DNA of 64,000 nt from Lama guanicoe (lineage: Eukaryota): assembly GCA_013239625.1 (NCBI GenBank), contig MU054187.1:6583757-6647756 (forward strand), in the 5' to 3' direction. Within the stretch, counting starts at the first letter, position 1; every line of letters begins with the position of its first letter. The translations under genes were made by a program, and so were the position numbers. This document shows, piece after piece, positions 25,860 to 39,290 of the stretch. The notes beneath the pieces were generated by a model that was given only the letters and a program-made list of their open reading frames with translations, made no database searches and was not told where the DNA came from.

Positions 25860-28800
25860 CTGGAAGAATTCAGAAAGGTTGAACTCCAAATGAAGTAATT
25901 TTACTAATTTTACAATAAAAGTCACTAAAAATAAGGTATGACTTTGTGACATGTAAACAAAGAGCTTGCTAGTCAAGGGCCCAAATCTGTTACACTGGCA
26001 TACTGTTAGTTGATTTTTTTTTTTCTGTTAGTTGATTGAGTTTCTAATTATGACCTATTCTTTTAAATAAATGTGTGTATTTTATTTTCACTCCTAGGCT
26101 GTAAGCTTTCTGAACACAGGACTCAACGCTGCATTCACTCTCCCCCAGGGTGTCCAGCAGTGTCTAGACCCTTGCTGGGTGGATAAATTTAAGACACTAA
26201 AAGGGACGATGTTTATATTTTAGTTTTCATTTCTAAATACTATTTCTATGTTTCCTTTAAAAGGAAATGATTATGATTTTAATACTTTCTTCACAGATAT
26301 CTGCACTTCCTGAATTAGAATGCTAAAATGGAGAGTAACTTCTGTCCACAAGTATACAAATAATATCTTGCTGTCTTCCCATGTCCACATGAAGAAGGTT
26401 TCCCCAAGGTAACAGAGTGGAAATCCCCCATTAAATAAGTAGACAGGAAGGAAAGACTGTTCGCAGTTGGCAATACATAGAGTGACAGCCCACATTCGAT
26501 TTGGGAGAAGGGAATTTTTGTTTCTAGTATTTTTTTTTCTGCCATAAGGGCTAACATTTGTGGCTACAGGCTAGCTGTAACTTGATACAACTTGCCTCTG
26601 AGAAAACTACCTACCCTTTCCAGGGACAGATGGCTGCAGAGTATGCTGTTCCATATGTCCCCTTCAAGTGACACCCCAACCATATGCTCTCCTGGTGGCT
26701 CTCCCCACATGTCTCCTGCACCGTGCACGCCCCACTGTCTTCAGAATAAAAGATGATTCCAGGAGGGTGCGTAATAGTATCCCCTCCATTATTTAAATTC
26801 TGATCTAATGCTTACTTTTGGAGAGTGGTTTCAAACACACATTTTGATCAGTGAAAACAGGCATTTAACATGGAGCAGATTAAGAAGATCTTCAGGATGA
26901 ATATCTTCCTACTAAATCCCCAGACAGACTTCAGGTGTAAGAAATAATAACTTTTAAAAGTCATATATCAAAATTTCCTTCATTAGAAAATTTAAGTGTG
27001 AGAGCAGAACCACTCCCATGTTCAGCAACACTCTTCAGGCTACTATGTGATTTAGCTCGTGGTATTTCATTTGATCTTTCCAATAACCCCAAATGTCTCC
27101 ATTTGACAAATTCTGGAACTGAGATCGAGAAAGACTGAATATGTCGAACTATAACCCAGGGCACCTGGAAACCTATTTCACTCTCCTTCCATCTTTGTAT
27201 CATTAAAAAAAAAAGACAAAAGCGATCTTATTTATCTTCCCCAATAATAGCTCAAATTAGAATGTATATGCTAATCAATCTTACACGTTTTCCTTAAAAT
27301 ACATGTAAATGGTAGCCATAAAGCAGTATCTTTAAAAACCAGAAACCTAAAATGGCTCATGGTTGTCTGATTTAAAAACTGTAACATTTTACCATTGAAA
27401 TTAATTTGACTATTTTAGTTATTTTTGTCCAACTTAAATTTAGGATTTTATTTCCCATACTTTTCAGTGTTAAAGTGAACAACATTAATTACAACAGATG
27501 ATTTTTGGAAACTTATAGTCCATTAATTTTTGAATCATCAGCAACTCATTTTAAGGACTAGGCATATTGTTAGAATAGAGAGAAAGAAATTATTACAGGA
27601 AAACCTCATATTTTATATTAATTACATTATATTGTATTATAGTTACACGTGCCTATGATAGCAAACTTCATAAGCCTAGTTCAGGAATTAGGTATCTTAA
27701 ATTTCAGTCCTGGCCTTAACACTCACCATGCTGGATGCCTGGGAAGAGACTTTGCTCACAGTGGCATGTTTAAACTATCTATAAGATCTCTCCTGACATT
27801 CCATGGTAGTCTTATCAAACAGGACCATTGATTTTATACTCCTCTGCCTTTTAACTTTGAGAGAAACAAAACTGTGAAGCGATACTTAGGAATTAAAAAA
27901 AATCACCTTCAATGATATCTTCAATTGTATAGGTCACCCAGTGAATTCAACCAGGTTGCTTTTTTTTTTTAAACATCTAAACTATCTTATAATAAAAGCT
28001 GCTAGAAAATCAGTGATCGAGGTGCTAGAATCCTCTGAAAATGTCCTCCTTACTATTTCCTTTTTATATTTCTCATCAGGAAAACTAAAAGAGATGGAAA
28101 GCACATCTGGGCATCTTGTGGAATGTGCTCTATGTCAATGTTGACTCTACTTCAAATTGTTGCCAGGTATAGTTTACACCCACAGACACACACACACGCA
28201 CACTCACTACATGGAAATAGTACGTGGAGAGACTCTAACTCAGAAAAGCCCGGGCCGCATGTGGTGTCTGTGGTCTGTGGCTCCAGCCCAGCCTGCCCTG
28301 CCTGGCGCACAGCAGGGCATGGGACTCACACGTGTGATGACAACAGGTGGCTGCAACTGGCCTGGGAGCATCATGGGTGCCTCCGCTTGGAAAGAGGACT
28401 TTATCTCTATTTTGCACTGTGAGCTCCATGCTTAAGAATGTGAAGCATGTTTGCTTCCCTGTGTGCAAACTCAGAGCTCGAGAGTCAGTTCATATGCAAC
28501 ACCCATTATGGAGAATATACGTTTCTATAGGCTTGTGTCTCCTGGAAGAATGAATCTCTGTGAGCTTTTTAAATTCTAGAACTGTGCTGTTTTTTGCATA
28601 TGAATGACAATTAAACTGACAGAACAATCCCATAGGTTCAAATCCCAAGCCCTTAACAAGTGTTTAGTAGTGAGTTCTTTGCCCTTGAAGAAAGGGCTGT
28701 TTTCATCTAAGATGCGAGAATAAATCATAGACTTCTTTTATCTGTCTTTGCCCTGGACCTTGAGATGTTCAAAGGTAAATTAATTAGTGACAATTACATT

Positions 28801-29739
28801 TACAGCAATCAGATATGAACATCCATCCAGTGTTGGATGCTGGAGCAAAATCCTTCTCATCCCAATCGTTCAAAGGAGGCTCCGGGTATTTACATCTAAG
28901 AGGATGAACACAAAAGTGACTACTAATCAGCAATTTCTTCTCCTTTCTTTCTCGTCACCTCTCATTTTTCATTCTATTCCAGCGGACTGACTGGTAAGTC
29001 AGAGGAGAAAGGTACAGATACATGGAAATGCAGAAAGAACACAGTGTCAATTATCCAAATTTCTGTTACCCCAGATTGATTTGTGTCTCTGACTGACAAT
29101 TACTCCATCACAAAACCCCTTCCTCCAATGAACCCTCAGTTGTCCAAACGGTTATTAATTTTAGAAACCTGAAGCTACGTTATCCTTCCATGTCACTTTA
29201 TTACATATATGGGGTGCCTGGTTACAAAGGTCCAGGGTCTCACTCCAGCCTTGGATCCCTGACTGTAAGGAGAGCCCGGCCTAGAGTCGTGTGATGGTGA
29301 GGACGGGCCCAGGAATGTTATGTGAACCACAGTGGATGGTGACCGTTTGGGAATTTACAGGGCATGATGTCATGATTAACGAGCAAGATCATGTTTAAAG
29401 AAACGGACACTGTGTTCAGAAAAAAAGGAATAATCACAAAGAAAAACGTGACGTGTTTTAGCTGCTATATTTTCTGTCATTACCATAGCTCCAGGAGTTC
29501 ATCTTAAACTTGGCATTAAATACTGCAGAAGTTAAATGACACAATTAATTAACCACTGGGTTCAGTGTGCTTAGGAAACAGTTGAGTGAAGACTTCATTC
29601 TAAAAAAATAACTACTGTTTAAATTCCAAAACCAAATAAAAATAAATCGAGGTAAATGGTTAAAATATTTTTAAAATATTTAAACAGCTTCAAAGACAGT
29701 TCTTCATTTCATAATTTAAAAAATAATTTTTTCAAGGCA

Positions 29740-29838
29740 ACACACACACAGCTACACACACAGATATATACCCAGAAGCGCGCACACACACACACAGATA
29801 CACATAGACACACACACACACACATACATACATACATA
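29740..29838. repeat. Degenerate (CA)n microsatellite
   Basis: Interrupted CA runs seen directly; similar tracts at ~10905-10968 and (CT)n(CA)n at ~35004-35040. Confidence 0.9.
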
Positions 29839-30073
29839 TGAGGCTGCTCTTATGATTATTCACATACTTTCTTGAAAGAAATTATAAAAGTCAAATCCCA
29901 AAAATTCTTTATAGGATCCAGCAGGAATAGCTGGGTTGTTTAAAAAAGTTTAAATCACCACCTTCAAAAGTTTATGCTCAAAATATTTTTTTAATTGTAA
30001 CTTTCTCACAGGAATAATTTCCCTGCTCCTCTATCTTCTGTTAAAGAAAACAGAAGCCTCACCAACTCCTTAC

Positions 30074-30163
30074 CTCTTTGTTCCCAACCCTTTGCATGGC
30101 ATCCCCCAGGTGGAAATAGAATCTCCCGTCGTCAGTGCCGGGATGCCCGGATTCTATTCCTTC
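30074..30163 (-). CDS. ASPH: ASPH coding exon (~exon 20, 90 nt), TPR
   Basis: EGIESGHPGTDDGRFYFHLGDAMQRVGNKE; acceptor ctgcag, donor gtaagg. Absent from the ORF track. Confidence 0.96.
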
Positions 30164-31504
30164 CTGCAGGAAGGACAGTGTTAGTGTTTACCAAAGAATT
30201 AAATATCAGATTTAATTCATTGACTTAGTTAATCTTTATTTACCATACTAAAATCTAAGAACCAGAAAATCCACCTCAATATTAAAGTTTGGCAATTAGG
30301 TTACTGGTCAACGTTTACAATGCAAAACCAAAAAGATGGGATAAAGTTAAATTTAAAAATACATTCATCATCCATTAACAGTGGAATAGCCCATACAATT
30401 GGTCTGATGCTCTGTGAATTGTCTCTGTGAGAGCAGTCACAGTTCAATATCCCAGAGAATTTCCTTGGCCGGGTTTCTATCACATTTGTTCTGCTCTCCA
30501 GATCTGACCATATGTCATCTAGAGGCTTTCTTATCCCTGAACCAGAATGTTTAGTTGCTCATAGAGGTTTGAAATGATAGAGACCCAACTGCAAGTAATG
30601 TTTTTTTTCCCCGCTCAAAATAATGTGTCTTCACTTTTCAGTGCAATCTTTTACAGAACATACAACAGGAGTAAAGCCAGTTGGAATCTTTGAAACTATA
30701 ATTGTTATTAAACAACTTCTATTCTAAAACACTTAGCTGATTTCTATCCCCAGCACCCACAGAAGAACTGAAATTTAAGTTTCTGTAAGAACAAGAAGAA
30801 GAGAGAAAATACTAAAGCAAGAGAATGAATTTAGGAAAGTAAAAGAAGGACAAAGAGAAGACATATTTAAATGTCTCAGAATCTGCATCTTTAAGGCCTC
30901 TTTGCAAGAAGCCCATTATCTTTTACTCGGGAGAAATTTTATTTGCATGAGGTTGGAAAACAGCGGCAAGGAACAGAAGCATCACCCAGGAGAGGAGAGC
31001 TGTGGTCCTGGCTCTTGACTGACAGATGCTCACATAAATGTCCCTGCTCATTAGCTAACCAACTCCTCCCTCTGCGTCCTCATCTCTGAGCCAGGACAGT
31101 ACAATTAGGCCTTTTTTATTATGTCAAAGGAAGTCTAAGAGAAACACTTTAAATCAGAGACACCCACGTGCCCACAGGGTCGTGGGAGGGAACGTGAAGG
31201 TTGCAGAGGACCAGTGACAGCCAAGACAGACTGAGCGGTGCACGCCCACCTCAAGGGGACACCACTGCTCAGCTTCTGTGGTCCAGATATCACCTTCCCA
31301 GAGAAACGAAAAATCTTCCTTTTTATGCAAAATATTCAGATGCTCAACTAAGAGAATTATGTTGGCTGGATAGAACTTGCAAGCAATCTGCAATCAGTAG
31401 GTCACTATTTGGGATCTCTGATTGAAGTCTTGTGAAAGAGAGAGATCACAAAAGTGGATTATAGAAGTGCAACTTAAAGTTCACAGGTATTCAAGCAAAT
31501 GATA

Positions 31505-31683
31505 GGGTAGCTACTAGCAAATGTTACTATTTAAATTAAAATTAATGAAAATTAAAATTAAAAAATCAGTTCCTCAGCCACACTAGCCACATTTTAGATG
31601 CTCAGTAGTCACTTGTTACCATATTAGAGAGTACAAATAAAGAACATTTCCATTGTGGCAGAAAGTTCTGTTGGACAGCCCTG
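31505..31683. mobile_element. MER3-like hAT-Charlie element
   Basis: tcagttcctcagccacactagccacatttt...gaacatttccattgtggcagaaagttctgttggacagc. Confidence 0.8.
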
Positions 31684-32187
31684 AGCTAGACCAAATGTGA
31701 TTCTGGTGAACCGATGAGGATTCAACTATATTTGTGAGAAAAAAAATGACGGCATATTTTAATCTGAGTTTTTCAAGGTATGAGGCTCTTGAGGATTTGG
31801 CCTATTCAGTCTGCATTTGTTACCTCACTTTGTATAGGTTACCATGAACCCTGTTCAAAGTAGTTTTGATGTATAATTGAAATGTAAAAGGAACTAATGC
31901 ACTGGACATATTTTAAAGTATTCGATCAACTAATAACAATCGCAGTTTTAGGACTCTCTTCATAAAAGCTTTTCCAAATAGTCTCTAATCACATAGTTTC
32001 CGTCTACATTGGACAGTCTCATTATGCTGAAGGTCCACACTGCCAATGAATGTCATGTTCAGAGGGTGTATATTTTGGTTGCTAAAAAGACAGCAATGCC
32101 AGCCAATCAATCTCCAATGCATAGTCAAGAGTGTCCAAATGACTCAAAGGGATTGGAAGAGGAAAAGACAGGATGGGAGGGAGTGAC

Positions 32188-32286
32188 CTTTAGGTAGGGG
32201 ATGCTCTCCGCCATCTTGTTCTGCGCCTTGAGGATAAAGCCATAATGCACTTTAGCAAAACCGTCATTGGGCGTCACATTCAGAAC
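32188..32286 (-). CDS. ASPH: ASPH coding exon (~exon 19, 99 nt), TPR
   Basis: VLNVTPNDGFAKVHYGFILKAQNKMAESIPYLK; acceptor tttag, donor AAG|gtcact. Absent from the ORF track. Confidence 0.96.
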
Positions 32287-33169
32287 CTAAACTCAAAGAA
32301 AACAAAAAGCTATTGTGATGGACTCTGAATTCAACAAATGACTGTCAAAACACATCTTAATTAACTTTGCTGTACTTGGACTATATTGTGATGTTACAGC
32401 TTAAAAGGCTATAGAGTTTTGTCTCATTGCAATTCATTTGCCTTAAATGGCCCCATTTCCCCTCAACTCAAAAAGTTTCCACTTCTACACACTAGTTCTC
32501 CTAGAATGAAGAAATGAATGACAAGGCAATGACCATGAAACCATTGCTTTAACAACGCAAATCAGCAAAATCTCTATCAATTTTATGACCTCAATTTTTT
32601 TCAGTGATAAAGAAAAACAGCTTTACATTATCTATGCTTAAGGTCAACTCTGAATGGTTATTATACATTGCTTCATATACATGCTTCATACATTGCCTTA
32701 ATTATGAGAAAATTTAGATAAGCATTCAAAACATATCATGATCCATTCATTCAGCATGAATTTCTTGAAAACCCAGACCATTTTAAAGACTGAGGATGAA
32801 GTGGTGAGCAAATCCAACATTCTGTGATAAAACCTAGGTTAATATTGTTTATTATCTTATGCATTGATTATGAGTAAAGATTAATTATGCAAAATGCCTC
32901 TAAATTAAATGAGCAGTGAGAAATCCAAACTGCAACATTCAACTTGTGAAGCTGCTTAGACAAACTAATTTACAGAACAAAAGTGAGAGGTGAAGAAGGT
33001 CTGAATTGAATGCGTGTAGAGAAGAGATGAATTCGTGGAGCTTCCCTTCATCCCTGAGTCGGAGGAGGGAAGGGGATTGTGGGATCTTTACATAGAAGGG
33101 GCACGTGCGCCAGGCAGGGACCCCATACCCTTGGTGAGTCCACAGTCCACACCGCTGATATTTTAGCAT

Positions 33170-33935
33170 TTTCTGTCTTGTATCTGTGCCTGTCCCTCAT
33201 CCATTTGCAAACCCAGCCAGTGCTAGACTCAAAATATATTCTGAATCATACCCCTTGTCACTTCCTCCACTGCTGCCAACCTGGTCCAAGTCTTTCATCT
33301 CTCCTCTGCCTTCTTCCAGGAGCCTCCTGCACTCCCAGCCCCACTCTCCTGTAACCCATTCTCCACATGGGTCCTGCATGGACTTACTAAGTCCAAAGTC
33401 AGACCTCATCCCTCCTCTACGCAAAACCCAGATGGGTTCCTTTCACTGAGAGGAAGACCAAATTCTAGGAACAGCCTCTGAGACCTCCCTTGGGCTGGGC
33501 CTCTTACTCCTCTGGTCTCCTCTGCTACCTTCCCCCACCAGCCAAGGCACCCTGGACTCCCTCCTGTTGCATCCCAAGTCAAAGGCAATCCTGCCCCAGG
33601 ACTTTTGCACCCACAGTACTCCTTCACCTCCAACCCTCTTCTCCCAGACATCCAGGTGGCCCACTCCCTTACCTTGAGGAAATCCTTGCCCAAAGGACCA
33701 TCTCAGTGAAGCCTCTGCCCAATCACCTGATATAAAACAGACCCTCCACTCCCATCGTTGTCGCTTCCTAACTTCTTTATACTGACTCCTTTTTCTTTGT
33801 AGCACTCATCACCATCTGATTTATTTTGCTTTCCCCCACAGAGCTGTAGGCTCTACGGAGATTTTGTCTGTTGCACCCACTGCTGAGCCCCAGTGCCGAG
33901 AACAGTGCCCGGCACACAACGGGCCGCGGAGAAAT
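33170..33935 (+). mobile_element. L2 LINE 3' region
   Basis: C/T-rich L2 motifs tcaaaatatattctgaatc...ccccaggacttttgcac...tgagccccagtgccgagaacagtgcccggcacacaa. Confidence 0.75.
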
Positions 33936-36900
33936 CCGCACTAACTACAGGGCTGGGTGCCCGCCGGGCTCGGCCTCGCCACTCCCCGGCGGGACCTCTG
34001 AAAGCGCGGACTCTGCTTATTCTGTACCTTCCACAGCCAGATGCTGAGCAAGCCCAGTAAATCCTTCTGGGCCTGAACTGCACTGAGGCCGATCACAGCT
34101 CTTCACTCATCATGAAGGGATTATTACAATGACTGCAGCGACACAGGTGGCATTTCTGTTTGCTGCAGACACAGGCATCAGCTCAAGCCATTAGCTGATG
34201 TATTAATTTACTAGATATTTTAGAACGCACAGAACTTTTCTAGGCTCTGGACATATCAACATAAATGAGATTTACTCTCTCTCTTCTCAGGGAGCTCTGC
34301 GTCAAGGGAGGGAGACAGACTCACAAGCAGACAACAGAACGTGTGGTGAAGTGCAAGCAGAGTGACTGGCACGAGGCTGCAGTGCGTAGAGGACGTCTAG
34401 CTCACTCCAGGGTGGGGGTGGCGGGGCAAGTTCAGAAAGGTATTTAAAGATGAATAGGAGTTCACTGGGGAAAAGGAAGATGGAGAACTTTGTAGGGAGG
34501 CATTCAAGGCACAGGATAAGTGAGCAAAAAGGAACAGTGGGTCAGAAACAGCAAAGGGAATGAGACTGGAGAAGCGGACAGGAGGCAAACCATGGAAGGC
34601 CCTGTTTTGTGTCACGTGCAGATAATCCTCTGGGGAGCGGAAAGATATGACAAGCGCCCTACTTGCATTGTCTCTGAAATGTAATATTTACCGTACAGAC
34701 GCTCCAGGGCTCGCCTCCAAGCTGCATGGCGAACAGTCACACGTCCCACTCACACACCTGCCCTTGTGAGGGGAGGGTGGGCTGGATCAGGACCCAGAGT
34801 GATGGACAGGGCTGCCCGCCCCCCGCCCCGGCTTCATTCTTTATGCTCACCTACCGTGCTTACTACAGTCTACATGCGTTACATAATGGATGCGCAGGCT
34901 GTGTTATCTAGTTGTAATCAACAAACCCTCAGAAAATGGCAAGAGGCTTTATAAGATTTCCAAGAAACCCAAATTGGGATTAATACTAAAATGTTACACA
35001 GATTCTCTCTCTCTCTCTCTTCACACACACACACACACACGGCACAGACAGCAACAAACTGGTAGAGCTGGCATTTCCAGTTCCAGGACAAACTCTGTGT
35101 GATGTGTTACCAGGACTAAAAAACTCATATAATCATAAATAGTACTGCACATTGATATTACTAAATTATAATATTTTCAGATTGAACATATTCTTGGCAG
35201 TCAAATGAAACTTTAAAAGTCTTCGAAAAATTTCATTTCGTGTTAAAACCCATTTTACAGTGTGTACCTTTTACAACGAACATCACAAATTGGTACAAAT
35301 ACACACAGATATAATATATAAATACGCAAGCATGCGTATCCCGGGTGTTTGCTTGGACATTTTTGACCGCAAGGGGACACAAGTGAGCACGTCTGAAGAC
35401 CAAGGCTGTGGGCAGTGGGAGCCGCTAAAAAGCTGAAGCCAAGAGTGGGCTGGTCAGATCTGCACTTTGTGTTGCTGAAGGTCCCAGGAGAGCAAGCCCG
35501 CGTGGGGTGGGTCTGCCCTACTTAAGGCAGACAATGAGTTCCTGGGTTAAAGAGGGATGAGATTTGAAAGATACTGAGGAGGTAAAAATGATAGAAATTA
35601 GTGATTTGGTACCAGACTGTAACTCCATGAGGGCATACTGTGTTTGTTTCCTTAACTACCATTGCCCAAGCTAGTGTGCGTGGGTTTCAATGAATATGCA
35701 TTGACTAAGAGAATGGATATGTGTTGAAGAGTGTGTGTGTGTGTGGGGGGACAGAATCAGGAAGAGGCTGAACTTTTGACTGCATGTCTCAGGTAACCGG
35801 TAGTGTCACTAACGTGGAGGGACGCCCAGGAGAGCCTCCAAAAGACAGGGATGTGGCCAAGGTACCTTCAGTTAGTCTTTGTTGAAACTAAAAGCAGCAA
35901 AAACAAAACAAAACAAAACAACAAGAAAGCCAGAAAGGGAATTATCAATGATTTTTAAAAATTTCCTCAAAGATAAAAATCAACATGAAGAAAAAGACAA
36001 AATTACACTATCAGTTTCCTGCCAATGATCTTCGACTGGGACATAAGCCTATCAGGATGAACTCTGGTTAAGGAAAGAGAATCTATTAGATACGGCTTAT
36101 CAACTTAGCACTGGGGGGAGTAAACAGAAGGCAAACCCCACACCTGTCTTCAGGCTACTGATGCTTCTTCAAAAAGAAACCCGCTCGGTTGTCTCATACG
36201 CTGTATTTCAGATTCTCCGCCTCCTGTTACACTCATTCCGGTGAGATTATGATTTCGAATGTATGAATCACAGCAGGTAAGTTTTATTTTTCAAGATGAG
36301 GTAAAATGCTTCACATAGCTGAGACTCAGCATCCAGTAAAAAGAACAACTATATTACATTCAAGGCAGGTTTGGAGAAGGTGGAGGACAAATCCACAGTG
36401 GCTGAAAGAAGCCAGGGAGCTCTCAGGTCCTGCTCGGACCTCTGACGTGCTTGGCACCGTGTAGACACTTGATCAGGGTATTTTGGGGAGGAAGGAAGAA
36501 ATTCTATAATTTCACCTTTGTGGCTTGCAACAATGTTAGAGTAATAAGTACGTCTGATACAGTTTGACAATTCGTACATTCACATGTTCCCAGATCACTG
36601 AGATAACATGATGAGACAGGGCACTCAGTGTGTTGTCTTAGCTATCAGCAAATACAATGTCCCATATGAACTCGTTTTATGACCTGTAACAGGTTACTTA
36701 AGCACGTGGCACAAATTTGCAACACTGGAAGCTCAATCCACTCTGAGCAGAGATTAGAGACGCTATAAACAGTAAAGGTCTTATTCCCGCTCTCTCAGAA
36801 AATTTAAAAATTAGGACAAAGGTCAAAAGACAACCGCTCTGAAATTCGATCACGGGACCAACAGCAATAAAGGGAGGAAATCACCATTTGTGGGGGGACC

Positions 36901-37763
36901 CAGTCCTTGGACTGAGCAGAAAATCACCACACTCCACAGCACTTTGAAAAGAGAAGGAATCATATCGCCTCTACCGACTAGCAGCATTTTGTTGCAAAAT
37001 GCACCAGCTTGAAAACCATTGATCCCAAGGTCTAAATTAGAAAACAGCAAGTAACTGTGTTTATCTTTCTTTTACAGCGATATCAACTTGCTCCGGCTTC
37101 AAAGTTCATTTGGCATTTTATTTATTCTGTACCAAATGACATCCCCCCCTGCTTGAAGGAGTCACCGTTTTCTAGACTATATAGTTACTTGTGACTAAGC
37201 CGTTGTTGATTAAAGCATCCATTATCAAGGAGACATCTTTTTAAAGGTATCCTTGCTAGAGGATCAAATAGTCAGTGCTCTCTGAAAGGTGAGTAATTTA
37301 CTCCAGATGCTGGAAAGGCTTATGTTCTGCAGTCCAGTGGTCTCTCTAGCTTGGACGTTCAGTGAAAAAAGTAAAAGATTATATAGTAAAAGTTTATGTG
37401 GTTTTAAGTTCATGACTTTAAGTTCATAAATTTTTGAGTTCCTCTTCCTATCATAAAGAACTCTTTTAGAAAGGCTGTTTGTGGACGGATAAATATATAA
37501 GTTTTTAAAATTTTGCAATTAGAGATAGGTTGAAGGTTTTGATATATCAAGTGTCAATTAAAATTTAAAATCTTTCGATGAAGGTAAAAAAAGGGATGAA
37601 ACAGAATTTAGGATATGTCACTATAATAATACTTAAATTCGATTTAATTTAAAATAAAGACAGAGAGAGAGACTGGGCAGACTAAATGTAATTTACAAAG
37701 AACATTAGAACTTCATGTTCAAAATTACTTGACGTAGTTAACAGAAAATCGCTGCTTGCTTAC

Positions 37764-37900
37764 CTCTTCATAAACCTTCTTGGCACTGTCATTATCTCCT
37801 ATCAAGAGGTACCCAACTCCAAGGTCATTCTTTAAAGCAGTATCATCCGGAAATAGTTGAACTAATTTCTGTAGAGTAAGCAGGGAACCTCTCATGTGTC
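37764..37900 (-). CDS. ASPH: ASPH coding exon (~exon 18, 137 nt), TPR
   Basis: (G)HMRGSLLTLQKLVQLFPDDTALKNDLGVGYLLIGDNDSAKKVYEE, inside ORF 37725..37958; long pyrimidine tract then atcag, donor gtaagc. Confidence 0.97.
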
Positions 37901-39121
37901 CTGATTTGGTAGAAATAAAAAAAAAAAGAAAGAAAAGAAATAAAAGCAGATGACGCACACCTTTGTATCAATACAATACTACAGATCATAAGAGACAATT
38001 CAACAGAGCCTGAAGACCAGCTTAAATCTGACTCTATCTTCTGATGGTTAAGTACCCATTAGGATCTCATTAAGCAGCTGCAACGGTGTTAATCACTCCC
38101 ATCAGAAGATACTGAACATAATACAGATCACAAATATTTTAAAGACATCCTTGTTTTCTAAATTTGTCAACATTTACCTTTTTATGTCAAATTCCCTCTT
38201 AAGAAAGCTTTAGTTACCAATTCCTCGTTTTAAAAATGTTTTACTGGAACATTTTTGGTTTATTACGATTAACTTTAAACTTAGGAATACAGAGCAGGCA
38301 AATACAAAGTCTAATAAATTTCAGGGTCCAGCCCCCCGTGTGAAACTTGGAGAGGCACTGAGGTCCTGTGCTGACCCTGCTTCCCATTAACAGGTCCTCA
38401 TCGCTCCATCTCTCGGTAAGGACCTCGTTCTGGAGCAAAGCAGACATCATCCGGTATTAGGGGACCCTCTGGTGGCCGACAGGATGCTATGCACACATGA
38501 ATCATGAAAACCCCAGCTTCAGTTCATTTTTCAGGCCGTCTGATGGAAATTTAAGATTTCAGGGGCCAACTGTCATTACTCCACACCACAGCTAGAAAGA
38601 CAAAAATGGGACGAGTGTACATGACCAAATTAATTACCTCAAGGGCGTAGGTGACCACCAGCTGAAAATCAGCCAAGATCCAGTAGGACCAGCAGTAAGC
38701 TAATGCAGCTGGATGCCCCTCTAACAGAAACACCCTTTGGCTTAAACACCACCAACTTACCCCACCACCTGCTCCCCCCCATTACTGGCCAATCAGGGAT
38801 GGTTTGCTCAGCCATTCGCTCCTTTGCTAATAAATCTGAATTCTCCACCTCTCTACCCTTCCTCCCCATCCGCCCAACTTAGGCTCAGACTTGTCTTCCG
38901 CTTCTGAACTTCCCCTGTTTAACCACGACAAAGGCCCAGGTGAGAACTGGTCCTTCTGCCGTGCCCTCCCCGTCCTCTCCGCTTTGCACCACCAGCAACT
39001 TCACCGCCACCTTTGTGCACCAGTCCCTCAGCGCCTCCTCTGCGAACTGGCCTGATTCTCACTGGGAGTTAAGATGACATTCAAATACTGAAGGACTGTT
39101 TTGAAGAAAGGGTTGTCTTTC

Positions 39122-39290
39122 CCCAGGCCTGGAAATAGGCAAGTGAGGCACCTGGTGCCAAGTTTAAGAGGGCACCAAACATCCAGTGATCAAGGGGGTG
39201 ATATTTTATGCATTCTTTTTAAAGATCAAAATTAATATACAAAATTCACAGTGCTAAACAGAGCCACATCAGAGCCCGAGGAAAGAGGAC
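39122..39290. mobile_element. MER96B-like hAT element fragment
   Basis: aggcaagtgaggcacctggtgccaagtttaagagggcaccaaa...tttttaaagatcaaaattaat; family from memory. Confidence 0.45.
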
